DNA of 64,000 nucleotides from an uncultured Bacteriovoracaceae bacterium (GTDB lineage Bacteria; Bdellovibrionota; Bacteriovoracia; Bacteriovoracales; Bacteriovoracaceae): NCBI GenBank assembly GCA_937930825.1, contig CALHBL010000147.1, positions 964 to 64,963 of the forward strand, read 5' to 3'. Shown piece by piece: positions 62,209 to 64,000 of this stretch (position 1 is its first letter; each line of letters starts with the position of its first letter). The notes under the pieces were generated by a model. It saw only the letters and a program-made list of their open reading frames with translations, ran no database searches and was not told where the DNA came from. The position numbers and the translations under genes were made by a program.

Positions 62209-63741
62209 TTAAAATTTTGAAAGCATCTCAACAAGATTTCCAACTGAAGCTCTCATGATATTAAGAACTGGTGCTGGGTAAATCCCGAAGACTATTACTG
62301 CAATACAGAGAGGTAGCATGTAAATAATTTCTCTAGTATTCATATCAGTATAGTTTTTGCACTCTTCGATCACGTCTCCAAAGAACATTCTCTTGAACAT
62401 CCACAAGAGGTAAGCAGCCCCCAGCAGAAGTCCTATCAAGGCAAGTACAGTGATTGTTGTAAAACGTTCATAAATCCCAATGAAAATTAAAGCTTCAGAG
62501 ATAAAACCTGAAAGCCCAGGAAGACCCATAGAGGCGAACATAGCGATAATGAAAACAATCGAATACTTTGGAAGTTGTGTATAGAGACCTCCGAAACCCT
62601 TTGAACCATCTGGTCTAACAATCCATCTGTGATGACTTCTCTCATAGAGAATTCCAATCAATAAGAACATCATAGCAGTCGATGTACCGTGGTTAAACAT
62701 CTGAAGTACTGCTCCATTAACGCCTGTAACTGTCATAGCTGCCAGACCAAGCATAACAAAGCCCATGTGAGAAACAGAAGAATAAGCTACAAGTTTTTTA
62801 ACATCGGTCTGGGCCATAGCACAGAAAGCTCCATAAATGACGTTCACTAAGCCCAGCCAAGCAATCGCTTCTGAGAAGTGAACTGAAGCACCTGGAAATA
62901 TCGGGAAAGCTATTCTCAAAAAGCCGTAAGTTCCCATTTTAAGAAGTACACCGGCTAGTATTACCGAGACCGCAGTTGGCGCTTGAACGTGCGCATGAGG
63001 AAGCCAAGTATGAAAAGGGAAAACTGGTACTTTGATAGCAAAGCCAATAAAGAGAAAAATAAAGAACAACTTAGAGAAGCTGAATGTCATTCCAAAGATA
63101 TCTAGAGTCTGACCAGCAAATTTACCACCATGCATAGCAAGTATATTAAAACTATCTACACCTGCACCCATCTTGTAGTATAGAGCAACCATACCAACTA
63201 ACATCAGAATCGAACCAAAGAAGGTATAGAGAAAGAACTTAATTGCTGCATATTCTCTATTTTCTCCACCCCAAATTCCGATTAAAAAGAACATTGGAAT
63301 CAGCATCACTTCCCAAAAGACGTAGAACAAGAAGAAATCTAATGAAAAGAAAACTCCAAATACAGACATCTGAAGAAAGAGATATAAAGAGAAGTAGGCT
63401 TTAATCTGCTTAGTGACAGTCCAAGATGAGAGCACACACAAGAAAAAGAGAAGACCAGTTAGGACTATCATCGGAAGAGAGATTCCATCCACACCAAGTG
63501 AGTAGAAAATATTAAAGCTTGAAATCCATGGAACCTTGATATTAAAGGCTGTCTGCATACCAGGAATACTAGTATCAAACTTACTGTATAGAACAAGAGT
63601 TAAAACAAATGTTATTGCAGTATTAATCAGTGTCCAATAACGAACTAAATTCTCTTTAGCTTTTGGAATCAGAAGAACACCAATTAAACCAATAAAGGGT
63701 GTCCACAAAATGTAATTCAATAGGTTAGATGTTCCCTGCAC
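62209..63741 (-). CDS. nuoM: NADH-quinone oxidoreductase subunit M
   Basis: FYVFWEVMLIPMFFLIGIWGG, KVPVFPFHTWLPHAHVQAPTAVSVILAGVLLKMG, KKLVAYSSVSHMGF, MGLPGLSGFISE. Confidence 0.93.
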   Translation of the reverse strand: MQGTSNLLNYILWTPFIGLIGVLLIPKAKENLVRYWTLINTAITFVLTLVLYSKFDTSIPGMQTAFNIKVPWISSFNIFYSLGVDGISLPMIVLTGLLFFLCVLSSWTVTKQIKAYFSLYLFLQMSVFGVFFSLDFFLFYVFWEVMLIPMFFLIGIWGGENREYAAIKFFLYTFFGSILMLVGMVALYYKMGAGVDSFNILAMHGGKFAGQTLDIFGMTFSFSKLFFIFLFIGFAIKVPVFPFHTWLPHAHVQAPTAVSVILAGVLLKMGTYGFLRIAFPIFPGASVHFSEAIAWLGLVNVIYGAFCAMAQTDVKKLVAYSSVSHMGFVMLGLAAMTVTGVNGAVLQMFNHGTSTAMMFLLIGILYERSHHRWIVRPDGSKGFGGLYTQLPKYSIVFIIAMFASMGLPGLSGFISEALIFIGIYERFTTITVLALIGLLLGAAYLLWMFKRMFFGDVIEECKNYTDMNTREIIYMLPLCIAVIVFGIYPAPVLNIMRASVGNLVEMLSKF

Positions 63742-63768
63742 TGCTATTCTCCTAATATCAACTCAAAA

Positions 63769-64000
63769 TTAAAGTGATAACTTCCAAATATACCCAGTTA
63801 ATACCAATATGATCATAATGAAATAAACTTGGATTTTCCCGGACTGAATTGTTCTTAATATTACGTTAAATGCTTTCACTGACTTGCCTGTTAAATCAAC
63901 TGAGCCATCAACAATGACATCATCTGTTGTTTTAGCAACTGTGAAAAATACCCTATTCATAAAGGCAGTACCATCGACAATATATCTGTCATAGATCCCC
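63769..64000 (-). CDS. nuoL: NADH-quinone oxidoreductase subunit L, C-terminal end (5' part outside the window)
   Basis: The frame stays open to the window edge: ...GIYDRYIVDGTAFMNRVF...VIVDGSVDLTGKSVKAF...SGKIQVYFIMIILVLTGYIW matches the NuoL C-terminal DxxVNG...TGxxxxY plus last TM pattern. Upstream of nuoM. Confidence 0.85.
   Translation of the reverse strand, partial: GIYDRYIVDGTAFMNRVFFTVAKTTDDVIVDGSVDLTGKSVKAFNVILRTIQSGKIQVYFIMIILVLTGYIWKLSL

Overview
AT-rich bacterial chromosome segment, almost entirely coding, with most genes on the minus strand. Gene content (mglA/mglB, many lipoproteins and secreted hydrolases, an M15 peptidase, an ADP-ribosyltransferase-like protein) suggests a Bdellovibrio-like or Halobacteriovorax-like predator; that assignment is an inference.

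Core blocks, in window order:
- dcw cluster: rsmH-ftsL-ftsI-murE-murF-mraY(partial), with an MTAP gene where mraZ would normally sit.
- ffs(SRP RNA)-dnaX-ybaB-recR, fused to mglB-mglA.
- tRNA-Ser(GGA), tadA and tRNA-Arg(ACG).
- An envelope and secreted-protein region: a fused membrane/spermidine-synthase-like protein, a methyltransferase, acyltransferase-3, a trypsin-like protease, a PG-binding repeat lipoprotein, a 1146-aa five-module lipoprotein with a HAMP partner, OmpA, DUF4332, and a DUF853 ATPase divergent from DUF4258.
- A CotH-VTC-DUF4956-CYTH operon.
- kbp/ygaU and a secreted PLD.
- An accessory patch: an ART-like lipoprotein, an OMP and an M15C peptidase.
- A glycosylation cassette: wecB, GT2, an LbH acetyltransferase and polytopic membrane proteins.
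- RDD and DUF2339 genes, followed by two tandem tRNA-Ser genes.
- A long minus-strand operon: nuoL(partial)-nuoM-nuoN, then seven tightly coupled polytopic membrane ORFs, then a GYF/TPR giant protein.

Main hunt result: the seven ORFs behind nuoN match, in order, size and weak collinear motifs, the seven membrane-arm subunits of complex I (A-H-J-K-L-M-N). They have no peripheral-arm partners here and have lost the canonical charged residues. This looks like a possible undescribed 'shadow membrane arm'.

Other notable items:
- A ~120-bp structured dispersed repeat family with at least 7 copies. Inverted pairs bracket the ART toxin-like gene and the glycosylation cassette.
- tRNA-Ser-derived direct repeats bracketing a 2.3-kb insert.
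- A tandem hairpin-repeat array trailing tRNA-Ser(GGA).

No transposase, integrase, CRISPR array or rRNA was seen. All homology calls come from motif recognition by eye; no database search was run.
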